Positions 36,938-62,737 of a stretch of 64,000 nt of DNA are shown here, one piece after another. A program made the translations under genes and the position numbers. Source of the stretch: Macrostomum lignano (lineage: Eukaryota). The notes beneath the pieces were generated by a model. It saw only the letters and a program-made list of their open reading frames with translations, was not told the origin of the DNA and did not search any database. The DNA lies in assembly GCA_002269645.1 (NCBI GenBank), contig NIVC01000282.1, positions 496,001 through 560,000 of the forward strand, in the 5' to 3' direction. Positions within the stretch are counted from its first letter, which is position 1. Each line of letters starts with the position of its first letter.

Positions 36938-39559
36938 TCAAATTCTTTGCTCAACTTCGCCAGCTGTCGGCATCAGCGCCAACCGATTCGAGGTGGCAAC
37001 CAGCTGCACTGTTTCCACCGCGCCATTTCCCGGCAGAGACGCCCGCCGCTGAGGCTGCAGGTACTGCTGGGGCAGCTGGCACTGGGGCAGGCGGTACACT
37101 CGGTGGCTGCCGTTCTGCGGCACGCGGAGCCAAGCCATCGGCGCCGCCTCCGCCGGCTGCTGCGGCCGTCTGGGAACAGCCCGGCCGCGGCGCTGATCGC
37201 GCAGGCAGCGGCCGCAGACGGCCCGACGGAATTCCCGCCGGAATCGAGCCCCGGACGCGCAGTAGAGATAGAAATTGACCACGTGATTGGTGTACATCAC
37301 CATCTCGGCGACAGCGTCGGCCAGGTGGTAGCGGGCAATTCTGGCGTGATCGGCCGAGCCCGGCAGGTCGCCCAGGATGATTGACAGCTTGAGCACGGCG
37401 ATCGGCCCGGTGCACAGCAGGTAAGACGCGGAAATGACAATGAGCATCAGAGTCACCAGGCGGGTTGGAATCTTCGCGACTGCCGTTGTGGTTGCTGCGC
37501 CTCCGGCCTCAGCTGCGCGAGGTCCGACGACCGCTGACAGTAGGCTGGCGCTCCGGTCCTGCTGGCTGCCGCCGACGCCGCCGCCGCCACCGCCGCTCAT
37601 GAGCGACTTGGCTCGCTTCACCTGCACAATCATGACGGTGTTCATTGCCAGGATCACGGTGAACGGGATGAGCAAGAAGGCCACGGTGTCGGTCCAGTAC
37701 ACGGCGTAGCCCAGGCCCAACTCCGGGCGGAGGTCGCAGTCGCTGTAGTTGTAAGTCAGGCCGTCCTGCGGTGCGGGGCAAGGGGCATTGTTAGCTTGCA
37801 AATCATGCTGTCGCCTGATCCCTGAGCATGACGTCTCCAAAATCTGAACTCTAAATTAGCTGATTAGGACAAATTATCCCAAAGCACAGAAGAACAAGAA
37901 ACTTTACTTGTTGCCGATATTAGGGCTTAGGTTAGGGTTGAGGAAGTAGGATAGGTTAGGATTGAGGAATTAGGGTAGGTTAGAATTGAGGAATTAGGGT
38001 AGATTAGAGTTTAGGAATTAGGGTAGATTAGGATTTAGGTATTAGGGTAGGTTAGGATTGAGGAATTAGGGTAGGTTAGGGTTTAGGAATTAGGATAGAT
38101 TAGGATTGAGGTATTAGGATAGGTTAGGGTTTAGGAATTAGGATAGATTAGGATTGAGGTATTAGGGTAGATTAGGATTGAGGAATTAGGATAGGTTAGG
38201 GTTTAGGAATTAGGATAGATTAGGATTGATGTATTAGGATAGGTTAGGGTTTAGGAAATAGGATAGATTAGGATTGAGGTATTAGGATAGGTTAGGGTTT
38301 AGGAATTAGGATAGATTAGGATTGAGGTATTAGGATAGGTTAGGGTTTGGGAATTAGGGTAGATTAGGATTTAGGAATTAGGATAAGTTAGGGTTTAGGA
38401 ATTAGGATAGATTAGGATTGAGGTATTAGGATAGGTTAGGGTTTGGGAATTAGGGTAGATTAGGATTTAGGTATTAGGATAGGTTAGGGTTTAGGAATTA
38501 GGATAGATTAGGATTGAGGTATTAGGATAGGTTAGGGTTTAGGGATTGAGGTATTAGGATAAGTTAGGGTTTAGGAATTAGGGTAGGTTAGGGTTTAGGA
38601 ATTAGGATAGATTAGGATTGAGGTATTAGGGTAGGTTAGGATTGAGGAATTAGGGTAGGTTAGGGTTTAGGAATTAGGATAGATTAGGATTGAGGTATTA
38701 GGGTAGATTAGGATTGAGGTATTAGGATAGGTTAGGGTTTAGGAATTAGGGTAGGTTAGGATTGGCCTGACAATGAGAAGGCGACAGGGCTAGGCTGTCC
38801 ACTCCATGTGAGTGTGTACCGTGTTAGTCTGCTTCAGAGCATTGGCGTGACTGCTCGCCTCCAAGCTGTCTGCGACTCAACTGCCCGAAGAGTCCCCCCA
38901 AGGCAGCTCACCGTGACATTGACGCTCTTCCTCGCCAAGCCCAGCGTCCACAGCCAGTGCGTGTTAAAGACGGCGTCGAGGCAGAAGATGGCGGCGATGC
39001 TCAGTTTTACTCGGCGCGACCTCCCAGAGGCGGCGTTGGCCCTCAGCGGGCAGGCGATGACGCAGAATCGTTCGGTTGTCATGGCAACAATGAGCCACAC
39101 GGAAGCGTAGCTGCAGCAGAACTGCGTATAGAAGATCATCTTGCAGCTGACGGCGCTCCAGGTGTCCGGCCGAAAGCCGAAGGCCTCCTTGAGCCATTTC
39201 CAGAGCAGGCCAGTCAGCAGCACGGCCTGGTCAGTGACGGCCAGCATGAGCAGGTAACGGTACACCGGAGTGCGACCGCAGCGACTCCGCAGCACGTGGA
39301 TGCCGAGACAGTTGCCGACAGTGCCTACTAGCAGGAGCAAAGGCGGCAGCCAGCATTTCACCTGCTTGCCAGCCCTGTAGGCTGGGAAATTGTCGTAGAA
39401 GTATTGCTCGTACGGGTAGATGTGCATCCTGACAGGCTTCCGGTGAGTCTGCGGACAGTGTTCGGGATAGTGAAGATTTTTAGTGCTTTGGCAACGACCT
39501 CCTAAGCCTCTTAGATGCACATGTCCTGCAGCGGCTGGTGTGGGTCTCTGGTTAATCAT
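36938..39559 (-). CDS. Class A (rhodopsin-like) 7TM receptor, FMRFamide/peptide-receptor-like, two exons
   Basis: Exon 1 is 39559-38912 (ACG|GTGAGC, phase 0); exon 2 is 37843-36938 (TTCAG|ATT). Motifs: TM1 VGTVGN, TM2 LAVTD, TM3 MTTERFCVIACP (DRY-like ERF), TM5 LIPFTVILAMN, TM6 SYLLCTGP, TM7 VNFYLYC..G..FRREF. Confidence 0.9.
37921..38763. repeat. Degenerate telomere-like repeat (TTAGGG/TTAGGA/TTTAGG/TTGAGG mosaic) in the GPCR intron
   Basis: Read directly. Confidence 0.9.
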
Positions 39560-39629
39560 CAGTGATCAAGTTTTGGCGGCCATTATTGCGCCTTCCTGAC
39601 ACTCATTTTGGCGCCTTCCTGACACTTAT

Positions 39630-40040
39630 TTCAGTGTCTACCTGACCTTCAGTTCAGTGTATACCTGACCTTCATTTCAGTGTCTACCTGACCTTCATTT
39701 CAATGTCTCCCTGACCTTCATTTCAGTGTCTCCCTGACACTTATTTCAGTGTCTACCTGACCTTCATTTCAGTGTCTACCTGACCTTCAGTTCAGTGTCT
39801 ACCTGACCTTCATTTCAGTGTCTACCTGACCTTCAGTTCAGTGTCTACCTGACCTTCAGTTCAGTGTCTACCTGACCTTCATTTCAGTGTCTCCCTGACC
39901 TTCATTTCAATGTTTCCCTGACCTTCATTTCAATGTCTACCTGACCTTCATTTCAGTGTCTCGCTGACCTTCATTTCAGTGTCTACCTGACCTTCAGTTC
40001 AGTGTCTACCTGACCTTCAGTTCCGTGTCTACCTGACACT
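39630..40040. repeat. 23-bp minisatellite (CAGTGTCTACCTGACCTTCATTT)
   Basis: Read directly. Confidence 0.92.
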
Positions 40041-40544
40041 CATTTTGGCGCCTTCCTGACACGGAGTCTGTCTAAAAGCGGCTGATCTGATGAGGGCACG
40101 GCAGAAAACGTCAGAAAAGTCACAAGAGTCAGGCTAAGAGTAGAATTCAAACAAGAGCTGCAGGCACCCCGTGAAGCACAATTCACTTCACAATTCAGAG
40201 CAACCAAGCAAATATGAGAATCTTCAGCCTCCACATCTCTTTAAAACAAAATTCCTGAAACAGTGTTTCTCCCCACCTGCCTAAGGCAGATTGGAGTTGT
40301 TTAGAAAGAGGATTAACGATTATAACAAGGCTAAGCTGGGGTATAATCCGTTCGAATGCCCAGGCACGCTAATTCTTTTTCAATTTTTTTGTTTTAAGCT
40401 AAAATATAATTCTGCTTTCTAACGACCTTTTCAAGTTTCTAAATTCTTTCGCGCTCGCTGACTGATGGCTGATAAGTAAAAGAACTGGCAAAATGTTACA
40501 TTTTTACTGCTCCTAGAGTACTCGGCAGCCTTCTATGATCCTTC

Positions 40545-41332
40545 CGAGTTCCCATTCCAATCCCACAGACTTCCCATTCCAATTCTTTTGACTTCCCATT
40601 CCAATCCCTCAGACTTCCCATTCCAATCCTTCTGACTTCTCATTCCAATCCTTCTGATTTTCCATTCCAATTCTTCCAACTTCCCATTCCAATCCTTCCG
40701 ACTTCTCATTCCAATCCTTCTGAATTCCCATTCCAATCTTTCTGATTTCCCATTCCAATCCTTCTGATTTCCCATTCCAATCCTTCTGATTTCCCATTCC
40801 AATCCTTCTGAATTCCCATTCCAATCCTTCTGAATTCCCATTCCAATCTTTCTGATTTCCCATTCCAATCCTTCTGATTTCCCATTCCAATCCCTCTGAC
40901 TTCTCATTCCAATTCTTCCGACTTCCCATTCCAATCCCTCAGACTTCTCATTCCAATCCTTCAGAGTTCCCATTCCAATCCCTCTGACTTCTCATTCCAA
41001 TCCCTCTGACTTCTAATTCCAATCCCTCTGACTTCTCATTCCAATCCCTCTGACTTCTAATTCCAATCCCTGACTTCTCATTCCAATCCCTCTGACTTCT
41101 CATTCCAATCCTTCTGACTTCTCATTCCAATCCTTCAGAGTTCCCATTCCAATCCCTCTGACTTCTCATTCCAATCCTTCAGAGTTCCCATTCCAATCCC
41201 TCTGACTTCCCATTCCAATCCTTCAGAGTTCCCATTCCAATCCTTCAGAGTTCCCATTCCAATCCTTCCGACTCAGTCGGATCAGTTTTTCTTCCAACTT
41301 CCCATTCCAAACCCTCAAAGTTCCCATTCCAA
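40545..41332. repeat. 22-bp minisatellite (CCCATTCCAATCCTTCTGATTT)
   Basis: Read directly. Confidence 0.92.
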
Positions 41333-41849
41333 TCCATAGATAAGTTGAGGCCCCCGAATCATTTTGCAATTCTTCTAACTTTTTATGAGTTTCTTTTCTT
41401 TTCCGCATTCTCACGAAATGAAAGAATTTTCACAAAGGCGGAAGACTCAGTCAGAGGCGGGTTGGTATCATATATCTCTGATATCCTGATTGCGTGCCAG
41501 GCTGAAGACCTTCCAGTGCGTGCGCGAGATCCTCAATTATGATAACCGGGGTGCCCCGGGTTCAATCACAAGCTCCAGTCAGATTAAAGGGCATAAAATC
41601 ATTTTTTGTAAGGAACAGTCCTGTCTTTTAGAAAGTCATTTATCTGTTGGACAGCGAGGGGTGTCCAAAAAAGCATTGACAATCACTCCTATGGATAATA
41701 TTAATATCTCATAAATAGACCCATAAAACTGATGTAGTTTTAAATCGATAGATCTATATTTTAGCTTCAATAAATTATAATCGTACAAACGTATGGTTTT
41801 GACTATAAATTTCTAAAAAGAAATCATCAAAGTACCACCTGAGAAAGTC

Positions 41850-42640
41850 TGTCTGGGGGTGGGTGCCTGTGTGCGTCTGTCTAGGGGTGGGGTGGGTGCC
41901 TGTGTGCGTCTGTCTAGGGGTGGGTGCCTGTATGCGTCTGTCTAGGGGTAGGTGCCTGTGTGCGTCTGTCTAGGGGGTGGGTGGGTGCCTGTGTGCGTCT
42001 GTCTAGGGGGGTGGGTGCCTGTGTGCGTCTGTCTAGGGGTGGGTGCCTGTATGCGTCTGTCTAGGGGTAGGTGCCTGTGTGCGTCTGTCTAGGGGGTGGG
42101 GTGGGTGCCTGTGTGCGTCTGTCTAGGGGTAGGTGCCTGTGTGCGTCTGTCTAGGGGGTGGGGTGGGTGCCTGTGTGCGTCTGTCTGGAGGGGGGTGGGT
42201 GCCTGTGTGCGTCTGTCTGGGGGGGTGGGTGCCTGTGTGCGTCTGTCTGGGGGGAGGGGGTGGGTGCCGGTGTGCACAGACGGTCTGGGGGGTGGGGGTG
42301 GGTGCCTGTGTGCGTCTGTCTGGGGGGTGGGTGCCTGTGTGCGTCTGTCTGGGGGGAGGGGGTGGGTGCCGGTTAGCGCAGACGGTCTGGGGGTGGGGGT
42401 GGGTGCTGGTGTGCGTCAGTGGGGGGATGGGTGCTGGTGTGCGTCAGTGGGGGGTGGGTGCCTATGTGCGTCTGTCTGGGTTTGGGGGTTGCCTGTGTGC
42501 GTCTGTCTCCGGGTGGGTGCCTGTGTGCGTCTGTCTGGGTTTGGGGGTTGCCTGTGTGCGTCTGTCTGCAGGGGTGCGGGTGCCTGTGTGCGTCTGTCTC
42601 CGGGTGGGTGGCTGCCGGTGTGCGTCTGTCTGGGGGGTGC
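41850..42640. repeat. G/T-rich minisatellite of about 28 bp (GGGGTGGGTGCCTGTGTGCGTCTGTCTA)
   Basis: Read directly; G-tract length varies. Confidence 0.9.
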
Positions 42641-43514
42641 CTTTTTAGCCCCTGTATTGTGCCCGCCTCGCCTTGTCTCGCTTCTCTGGCTTAAGTGCCA
42701 GTTTTTTAACTCTGCTTTTAACCCCCCCCTTTACTCGCCATCACAACTACTAGTTTTTTTCGCTTCATTGGCCTATCGCCTATATTCGCAAATATAATTG
42801 CGTTATATACAATACATATCCATACAGGACAGTATAATGTTTTTGTGCGCCTGCAATTGCTGTCTCTCTGCCTTCTCCCTCTGATCTAAAAAAACAAATA
42901 TATATATATATATATATATATTTTGCCACAGAAAAAAGTAGATAAGCACATTTTTGTTGAGTGACACAACTAGTTAGTCTATAGTATCGATAGTGCCTCA
43001 TCCCAGACACCCAGGAGGACAAGGGTTAACCAGGCGGAGCCGGCCCTGCTCAATCCAGGCAATGCAAATTCACTAAATAAAGAAAACCCATTAACCAAAC
43101 CCTTGACTTGGCCACCTGCTCTAGGAGGGGTCTCTCATAATCAGGATTATTTTGCATCTCTCTGAGAATGTCTATAGCATTGCTCGTAAGCTTGTAATTC
43201 CTTCTATGGACTGCGGTGAATTCCCAGATGAGTTAGCACTGTTTTAATCAGTTCTTCGGTAACTATAATAGAATCCACCTCTGTGCTCAGTTTTTTAGTT
43301 TTTCTTGTAAACTAGCTAGAAGCGGTTTGTGCCTGTTGTGAACAGACGGAGCGGTTCGACTTCAAAAAAAGTTGGAAAGGGGGGAAGGCCAGATGAGAAT
43401 GAATTAAAAACTCATTTGGTTTTGCAAACGGAAGCCATGGGAACAAGGATGAAAAGGAAGAATAAAAAGCATTGATTTGTTTTCAAACTGCAAATATTTT
43501 TAGTTTGAGAAGTA

Positions 43515-43755
43515 GAGATTTAGGAGTGAGATCGGCAGAGACTTAGGGGTGAGATAGACAGAGATTTAGGGATGAGATAGGAAGAGATTTAGGAGTGAAA
43601 ATAGAGAAAGATTTAGATGTGAGATAGGAAGAGATTTAAGAGTGAGATGGGAAGAGATTTAGGTGTCAGATAGGATGAGATTTAAATGACATACGAAGGG
43701 ATTTAGGGGTGAGATAGGCAGAGATTTAGCAGTGAGATAGAAAGAGATTTAGGGG
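43515..43755. repeat. Degenerate purine-rich repeat of about 23 bp (GAGATAGGAAGAGATTTAGGAGT)
   Basis: Read directly. Confidence 0.8.
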
Positions 43756-44219
43756 TGGATAGGAGCTAGAAAAAATGAATATTTAGTGATGGGAGCTGCG
43801 TGGATTTCGGGTCCTTAGCTAGGGTTAAATCTAAGCTAAAATCAGATACTCATCAATATGTTGTGTCTCAGCTAACAACATGAACTTTTTACTACTTGGC
43901 TAGCGAAGACTCAGCCGTGTTTCTATCCGCCTCTAACTCTTACCTAGGCGGCAGTGACTGGCGGCTGAGCTGATGATCTCAGATGAGTCTCAAGTTACAG
44001 TCGATGTCTGCAGGCGTCAGGCGTGACAGCTGTGGCCAGTATATGCGATCCGGCAGTGTTGCAGGGATAAGGGATGGTTATTTTTGGGATTTGATAAATT
44101 ATAGAGGCAGCGGCGAAGGAAGGAAAGCGAGGGTGAGTGGCAGGGAGAATAAACCCAAGCCAGCCAATGAGGGGCAACTGTGAATTTGCCATCGGGAAGT
44201 TAGGGAATCGTGGAGTGAC

Positions 44220-44480
44220 GGTTTGGGAAGTGGGGAATCGGGAAGTGGGGAATCGGAATATGGGGAATAGGTAGATGAGGAATCGGAAGTGGGGAATCGG
44301 GAAGTGGGAATCGGGAAGTGGGAATCGGGAAGTGGGTATTTGGGAAGTGGGGAATCGGGGAATCGGAAATCGGGAAGTGGGAATCGGGAAGTGGGGAATC
44401 AGGAAGTGGGGAATCAGGGGATGAGAAATCGGGAAGTGGGATTTGAGGAATGGGGAATTGGGAAGTGGGGAATCAACGTG
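44220..44480. repeat. 14-15 bp repeat (GGGAAGTGGGGAATC)
   Basis: Read directly. Confidence 0.85.
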
Positions 44481-45030
44481 GGAAGCCGAGAAAGGATATA
44501 GGGAAGTGGAAGATTTGAGGGTTGAAATATGCGATTTCAATTGCCTAAATAGGAAGCAGGTTGTTCGCTTTCAGTATCAAAAACTGATGCGTGTGCAGGC
44601 CTAAAAAGCAGAGAGACAGCCGACTGGCTGAACTTACATTCATGATGCGGCTGCAGAGGTGTTCATGTATCAATGCATATTGATTTGATTGACACAACCA
44701 ATTTTTCGATACATAAAGGTTGGAAAAATCATTTTATTTTTAGAAATACAGAACTCTTCGAAATCAGGGAGGAGCAAGGGTGATTTATCTTGGCCTAACA
44801 GTTTGCAAATCTTTTGCAATTGATTTTGTGGGACAATAAGTCTCAGCTCAGCTTTTATCGAAAACCATTTCCTGGAAAGCAGTGTCATCTGTACTATATT
44901 AGAACTTCTGTCTGCGACTGATGAGACGGACAAATGAAATATTTTATTTGCAGAAGGGCTGCTGGCGATATCGTCCCACAACCATTGCTGAGGCAATTCT
45001 GCTCATTCCGCGGACTCTTGAGCACATGCA

Positions 45031-45091
45031 AGACAGACAGACTGACAGACAGACAGACAGACATACAGACAGACAGACAGACAGACAGACT

Positions 45092-45146
<55 letters not shown>

Positions 45147-45175
45147 TGACAGACAGACAGACAGACAGACAGACT

Positions 45176-45218
<43 letters not shown>

Positions 45219-45268
45219 TGACAGACAGACAGACAGACAGACAGACTGACAGACAGACAGACAGACAC

Positions 45269-45350
<82 letters not shown>

Positions 45351-45488
45351 TGACAGACAGACAGACAGACAGACAGACACACAGACAGACAGACAGACTG
45401 ACAGACAGACAGACAGACAGACTGACAGACAGACAGACTGACAGACAGACAGACAGACATACAGACAGACAGACAGACAGACAGACAT

Positions 45489-45519
<31 letters not shown>

Positions 45520-45522
45520 GTC

Positions 45523-45558
<36 letters not shown>

Positions 45559-45559
45559 T

Positions 45560-45617
<58 letters not shown>
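45031..45617. repeat. (GACA)n microsatellite
   Basis: Read directly. Confidence 0.98.
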
Positions 45618-46539
45618 AATATCCTGGACGCAGTTAAATGTTGGACACAGACTCCTCGGTGCTTCTCACCCTCCTATGTAATTATCCCTCAAAGCTTACC
45701 CTTTTGTTCTCAAATCCTACTTAGAGTTCAGTTCGCACGCGGGAGCACCGCATCTGCGCTCTCTAAGGACAGAATTTCGCCTCCACAAGCTCTTACTCTC
45801 TCCAACATTTTCATTACTTTATTTGTTTTGCTATTCGCTACGTGTCACCTGACGCCACACGGACACGGCCGGCCCGCGCAGGCAGTCGAAACCCTGTGTG
45901 GGCGTCTGCTTTTTGTCTGCTTTTCTACGAAAAAATCTGAATTCCCGCCCTCGCAGCTGAAATGTTTTTATACCAATCCTTTGCTGGAAAACTTAAGTAA
46001 GCTATTGAAGACTTGCGCTTCATTGTCTATGGCCCAAAAGACGCTGTTTACCTGTTCACTGCGGCAAAAATATGAAAAATCTTCGTCAGAAAATTGTCCT
46101 TATTAAGTTGGCGTTTCTGACTGAACTCTACTGTCTACTCTAACAGGCCAAGAAATTCAAGGGTCAGAGATGAGCCATCGTTCCCGCGACTGCGACTGTT
46201 TCTGGCATTGTGAACCGTTATTAATTAATACATTAATTCAGTAGCCGATCATTAAGTCCACGCCTGAACGTGACCTCTTCAATGGGGACCCGTTCCACCG
46301 CACCGTTCGGCAGGTGGAAAGTCTGACGGAGTGCCTATGAAACTGCGGTGCAAATTGCCAGGCTGCTCACAGCTTCATCCATGGGCCTGTTGTACCGCGT
46401 GACCTGGTCTGGTATGTCTAGTGTCACTTTGTTTGCGACTGGACTCGGGAGGACTTATTTTAAATTAGTATCCAAGGCGACGACTGCCAGTATTTACTTA
46501 AATCAGCTTTAAATTTAGAAATCCCCCCACTCATAAAGT

Positions 46540-46850
46540 CACTTGTCACAATCTTGTCACTTGTCACGATCCTAACACTTGTCACAATCTTGTCACTCGT
46601 CACTAGTCACAATCTTGTCACTTGTCCCTAGTCACAATCTTGTCACTTGTCCCTAGACACAATCTTGTCACTTGTCCCTAGACACAATCTTGTCACTTGT
46701 CCCTAGACACAATCTTGTCACTTGTCCCTAGTCACAATCTTGTCACTTGTCACTAGTCACAATCTTGTCACTTGTCCCTAGTCACAATCTTGTCACTTGT
46801 CACTAGTCACAATCTTGTCACTTGTCACTAGTCACAATCTTGTCACAATC
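46540..46850. repeat. 25-bp minisatellite (GTCACAATCTTGTCACTTGTCCCTA)
   Basis: Read directly. Confidence 0.92.
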
Positions 46851-47244
46851 CAATGATCTGGATAAAAGTTACATAGGAATTTTGGGATAGTGGTCACGTT
46901 TTCTTCCTATTGCCCGACGTAAACTAAAAAAAACACCATTGACGTTGACGTCTGGAAGTTTCAAGCTTCGAACTTGTGGAGTCTCCAGACTTCCGTCCGA
47001 TGATGTTGACTTTTGATCTCAAAGATAAAAGTGGATCCTGATTGAGGTCAAACTACCGATAGAGAGCAGCCCCTACTGAAAATACCCCCTTCGCATAAAA
47101 ATGGTTTTGGCTTGACTAACCAAGCTTTTCTAAAGCGCAAGAGAATAGTGAGTTCGAACGGTAGTACCCTTTTATTGAAAAACTAAGTCTGTTTCCACGT
47201 TGACAAAGCAAGGAATGTATATATTTAAATATAGAAGTTTGCCC

Positions 47245-47565
47245 TATGAGCCGCCCTATGAGCCTTGGCATCTCAGCAATCCCCCCGTTAGCCTTGGCAT
47301 CTCAGCAATTCCCCATGAGCCATGGCATCTCAGTAATTCCCCATGAGCCTTGGCATCTCAGCAATTCCCCATGAGCCATGGCATCTCAGCAATTCCCCAT
47401 GAGCCATGGCATCTCAGCAATCCCCACCATGAGCCATGGCATCTCAGCAATTCCCCATGAGCCATGGCATCTCAGCAATCCCCACCATGAGCCATGGCAT
47501 CTCAGCAATTCCCCATGAGCCATGGCATCTCAGCAATCCCCACCATGAGCCTTGGCATCTCAACA
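47245..47565. repeat. 28-30 bp minisatellite (CCATGAGCCATGGCATCTCAGCAATTCC)
   Basis: Read directly. Confidence 0.92.
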
Positions 47566-47820
47566 ATCCTGCAGTTTGTACTTCTCGTAGGTGAAGTTAA
47601 CGCAGTACGCTTCATTACGTATATTTTAAATATTTCGGCAGTTATTTGAGTCAGAAAAGATGGAGAATATTAGCTAGCTATCGCGGCAGGTAAAATTAAC
47701 CAGTGCTGTGAATCCTACAGTACGTAACTATTGCTTTTTGATGTTCAGATGAAAGTTCACTTCTTTTCCGATTTTCTTTCGCTGCGCAATGACAAAATAG
47801 AGTAAGAGTAGATTTTTAAT

Positions 47821-60175
<12,355 letters not shown>

Positions 60176-61116
60176 ATTCTGGGGGGGGGGTGTAACAGCT
60201 AGTTCGAGGGTGTGTGCTGAGTGCGTTCGTGCTCAGAGAGTGTCCCAGTTCGTGCCAGGGTGCCAGGCGGGGCTCTCTGACCTCTTCTACCGGCGGTTAA
60301 TTTATCGTAAAACTAAGATCGAACAAGAGCACTCGAGACTATAATTAGCGATTGCAGTATTCGAGCGATACGGCTAGATCTCTTTCTTATCTGCTTGATA
60401 TTGACGCTTGGTACAAGGCTGTGCCACTGACATTAAAGGTCGAATCATCCGCATTCAATCGTTGGAGGTCGCATGGAACGGCTTTGCTGGGATGCCAGAG
60501 TCCAAAGGCCGCAGGGCAGCGAACTGTGAAGTTTCTCTTTGGTGACCGCTACGGGAAAATACATTCAGACCTACAGTCAATTCATTCCCTATCCCTCATT
60601 TTCAAGAAAAATGAACGTTTTTTTAGAAAAAAAATTGCCATGAAAGCCAGCTCTTTCTAGCCTATGCTTACAGCGTCCCGCATGAGCCTCGACATCTTAA
60701 TTCCATATTGACAGCGACATGTCAGCAACTCCACCTAAGCACCAGTGACATGTCGCAGTCCTACTTTTAGGGCGTACACTGCACTCACCGCCATTTTACT
60801 GAAATAAAATGAAGCCATTAGAAGGCTGTTAAATTCCTACTGTCCATCTTAGTGAGCCCATGCAGCATCGCAGTTCGCGCATGCAACGTACTCTTACGTG
60901 TAGTGCGAATTAGAAGCGATACATTAGCCGCAAGTCTACGCCTTGTTGTACCATGTACTCGTATCTTTACGTAAAAGAGAACCTTTACATCGTACAGGTA
61001 TATATAATGTTCACTACATCAATTTTGTATTGGGGCGATACTAACGTACCTTTAGCCTAAGAGAAATTCGCAAGCACGTATGTAGGTTCATGGCTTGTAT
61101 CGCATGTACATGTATA

Positions 61117-62385
61117 CTGGACAAGGATGGTGCGACGCCAGGGGGCCTTCAGAGTTCGGCAGTTCATCGTGCCGAGTCTGAGGCGGCCACCTGGTACAGC
61201 TGGGGCCAGATGGATGTTGGCCTCGTGGTCCCCGGCGCCACCCGGCCGATCCATAGTTGAAATAGCAGGGACTGGGGGGCGACAGGCGCCTGGCCGCGCC
61301 ACGGAGTCGCCTTCGCCGGTTGCGCTCGCGCCGCCGCTCAGTGCGACGTTGCGCGCTGCGCCGACCTCTGCGAGTCCCTGCTGTGCTGAACTTTTCTGCC
61401 GCAGCCGAAGCTCGGCCGTCCGAGCCAACCGAGGTCATCCGCGGCCTGGTGATCTGGCCGCGATGCCAGGAAATGTCAGCACTATTTGCACGGGTGTGCA
61501 AATATAATGGCTCTGCAAATATAATGGTTACGACCTTCAGCTGGACCTCGTCTCGCCGCAGGAGGTTTCTATCGTGGCTGAGCCGGGGCTCCACTCTGAG
61601 GACCTCGGAGCCGGCTGGAGCCTCCTGTACACGTCGGCAAACAACCGCGGCCTGGGCGGTGTCGGCGTACTGATCGGACTGTGCCTCCAGCAGAGCGTGC
61701 ACTGGATCTCGCTGTCCCCGCGACTGATGCGGGTCGACCTGCGACTGCGCGCCGGCTGTATCCGGCTGTTCTGCACGTATGCACCCACCGCTGCTCATCC
61801 CGAGGAGGCTCGTGCCTTCTTCGACTTCCTGGCTGGGCAGCTGGAAGAGGTGCCAAACCGCGACATGCTGGCAGGGCTCGGAGACCTGAACGCAGTCCCG
61901 CGGAGGTCCGAGCGCTCGCCCTTTGTCGCGGGACGCGAGAACGTCAACACCGATGCACTGGAAGACCTGCTTGACCGGCTGGACCTGGTGTCCGCGAACA
62001 CCCAGTTCCGCAAGCCCCTGCCCACCTGGTCACCTTTGCGGGCTGCAAGAGAAGGCGGCCGGAACGCACGCGGGCGGAACGCCAAGAGGAGACTGGTGCA
62101 ACTCGATCATGCGCTCGCGAGCGCCGCCGCGTCACCAACTGCGACACCACGGCTCCGCTGGCTCTCTGGTCAGACCATCGACTTCTGCTCTGCGACTTGC
62201 GGCTCCGCGACCAGCTCCATCGACCGCCAAAGCAGCGGCAACGGTGCTACTATTGCGCTCTGTCGGACACCCGCGTCAAGCGTCATGCAATTCACGGGCG
62301 CCTAATTCGTCGGCGCGCTTGGAGACCAGCACGAGGCGGAGTATTCCGACATTCAAGTATTCAGCCAATTTGGGTGGCCACCGCC
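61117..62385. mobile_element. Rearranged remnant of an APE-type non-LTR retrotransposon: 5' part inverted, RT absent
   Basis: The minus strand at about 61490-61117 ends RLRLGTMNCRTLKAPWRRTILVQ (APE start). The plus strand from 61526 reads GYDLQLDLVSPQEVS...GGVGVLI...CTYAPT...LGDLNA...NTQFRK (rest of the APE). Confidence 0.8.
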
Positions 62386-62394
62386 TCCCCCATC

Positions 62395-62401
62395 TCTCTC
62401 G

Positions 62402-62452
<51 letters not shown>
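62395..62452. repeat. (CT)n microsatellite
   Basis: Read directly. Confidence 0.95.
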
Positions 62453-62455
<3 letters not shown>

Positions 62456-62737
62456 GGAGTCAGTTTTCGAAATTGTTATTGAATTTTCGAGCTCATCGAA
62501 ATCATACTTCTTAAACATCGAATTTCATGGCGTAAAGATGAAAATGATCAAGCTATAGTTTGGTTGTCTTTTTATCAACTTTCTTCCCTCTCCGTAAATT
62601 TCTATGCATAAGGCAAGACCAAATCTATTGCTGAGAATGGGAATACTCAACTTGGTTGGCTTAACTATTGATATCAAGTTTGCTGACTTGTTACAAAACC
62701 AATAGTGGGGTATATACATAAACAATTAAGTATAAGT

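Noticed and set aside
44918-44939. CTGATGA...GAAA hammerhead-like core; similar partial motifs at about 40087 and in the 12.2-12.6 kb repeat
   Set aside because: Stem II cannot pair and no stems I/III are evident.
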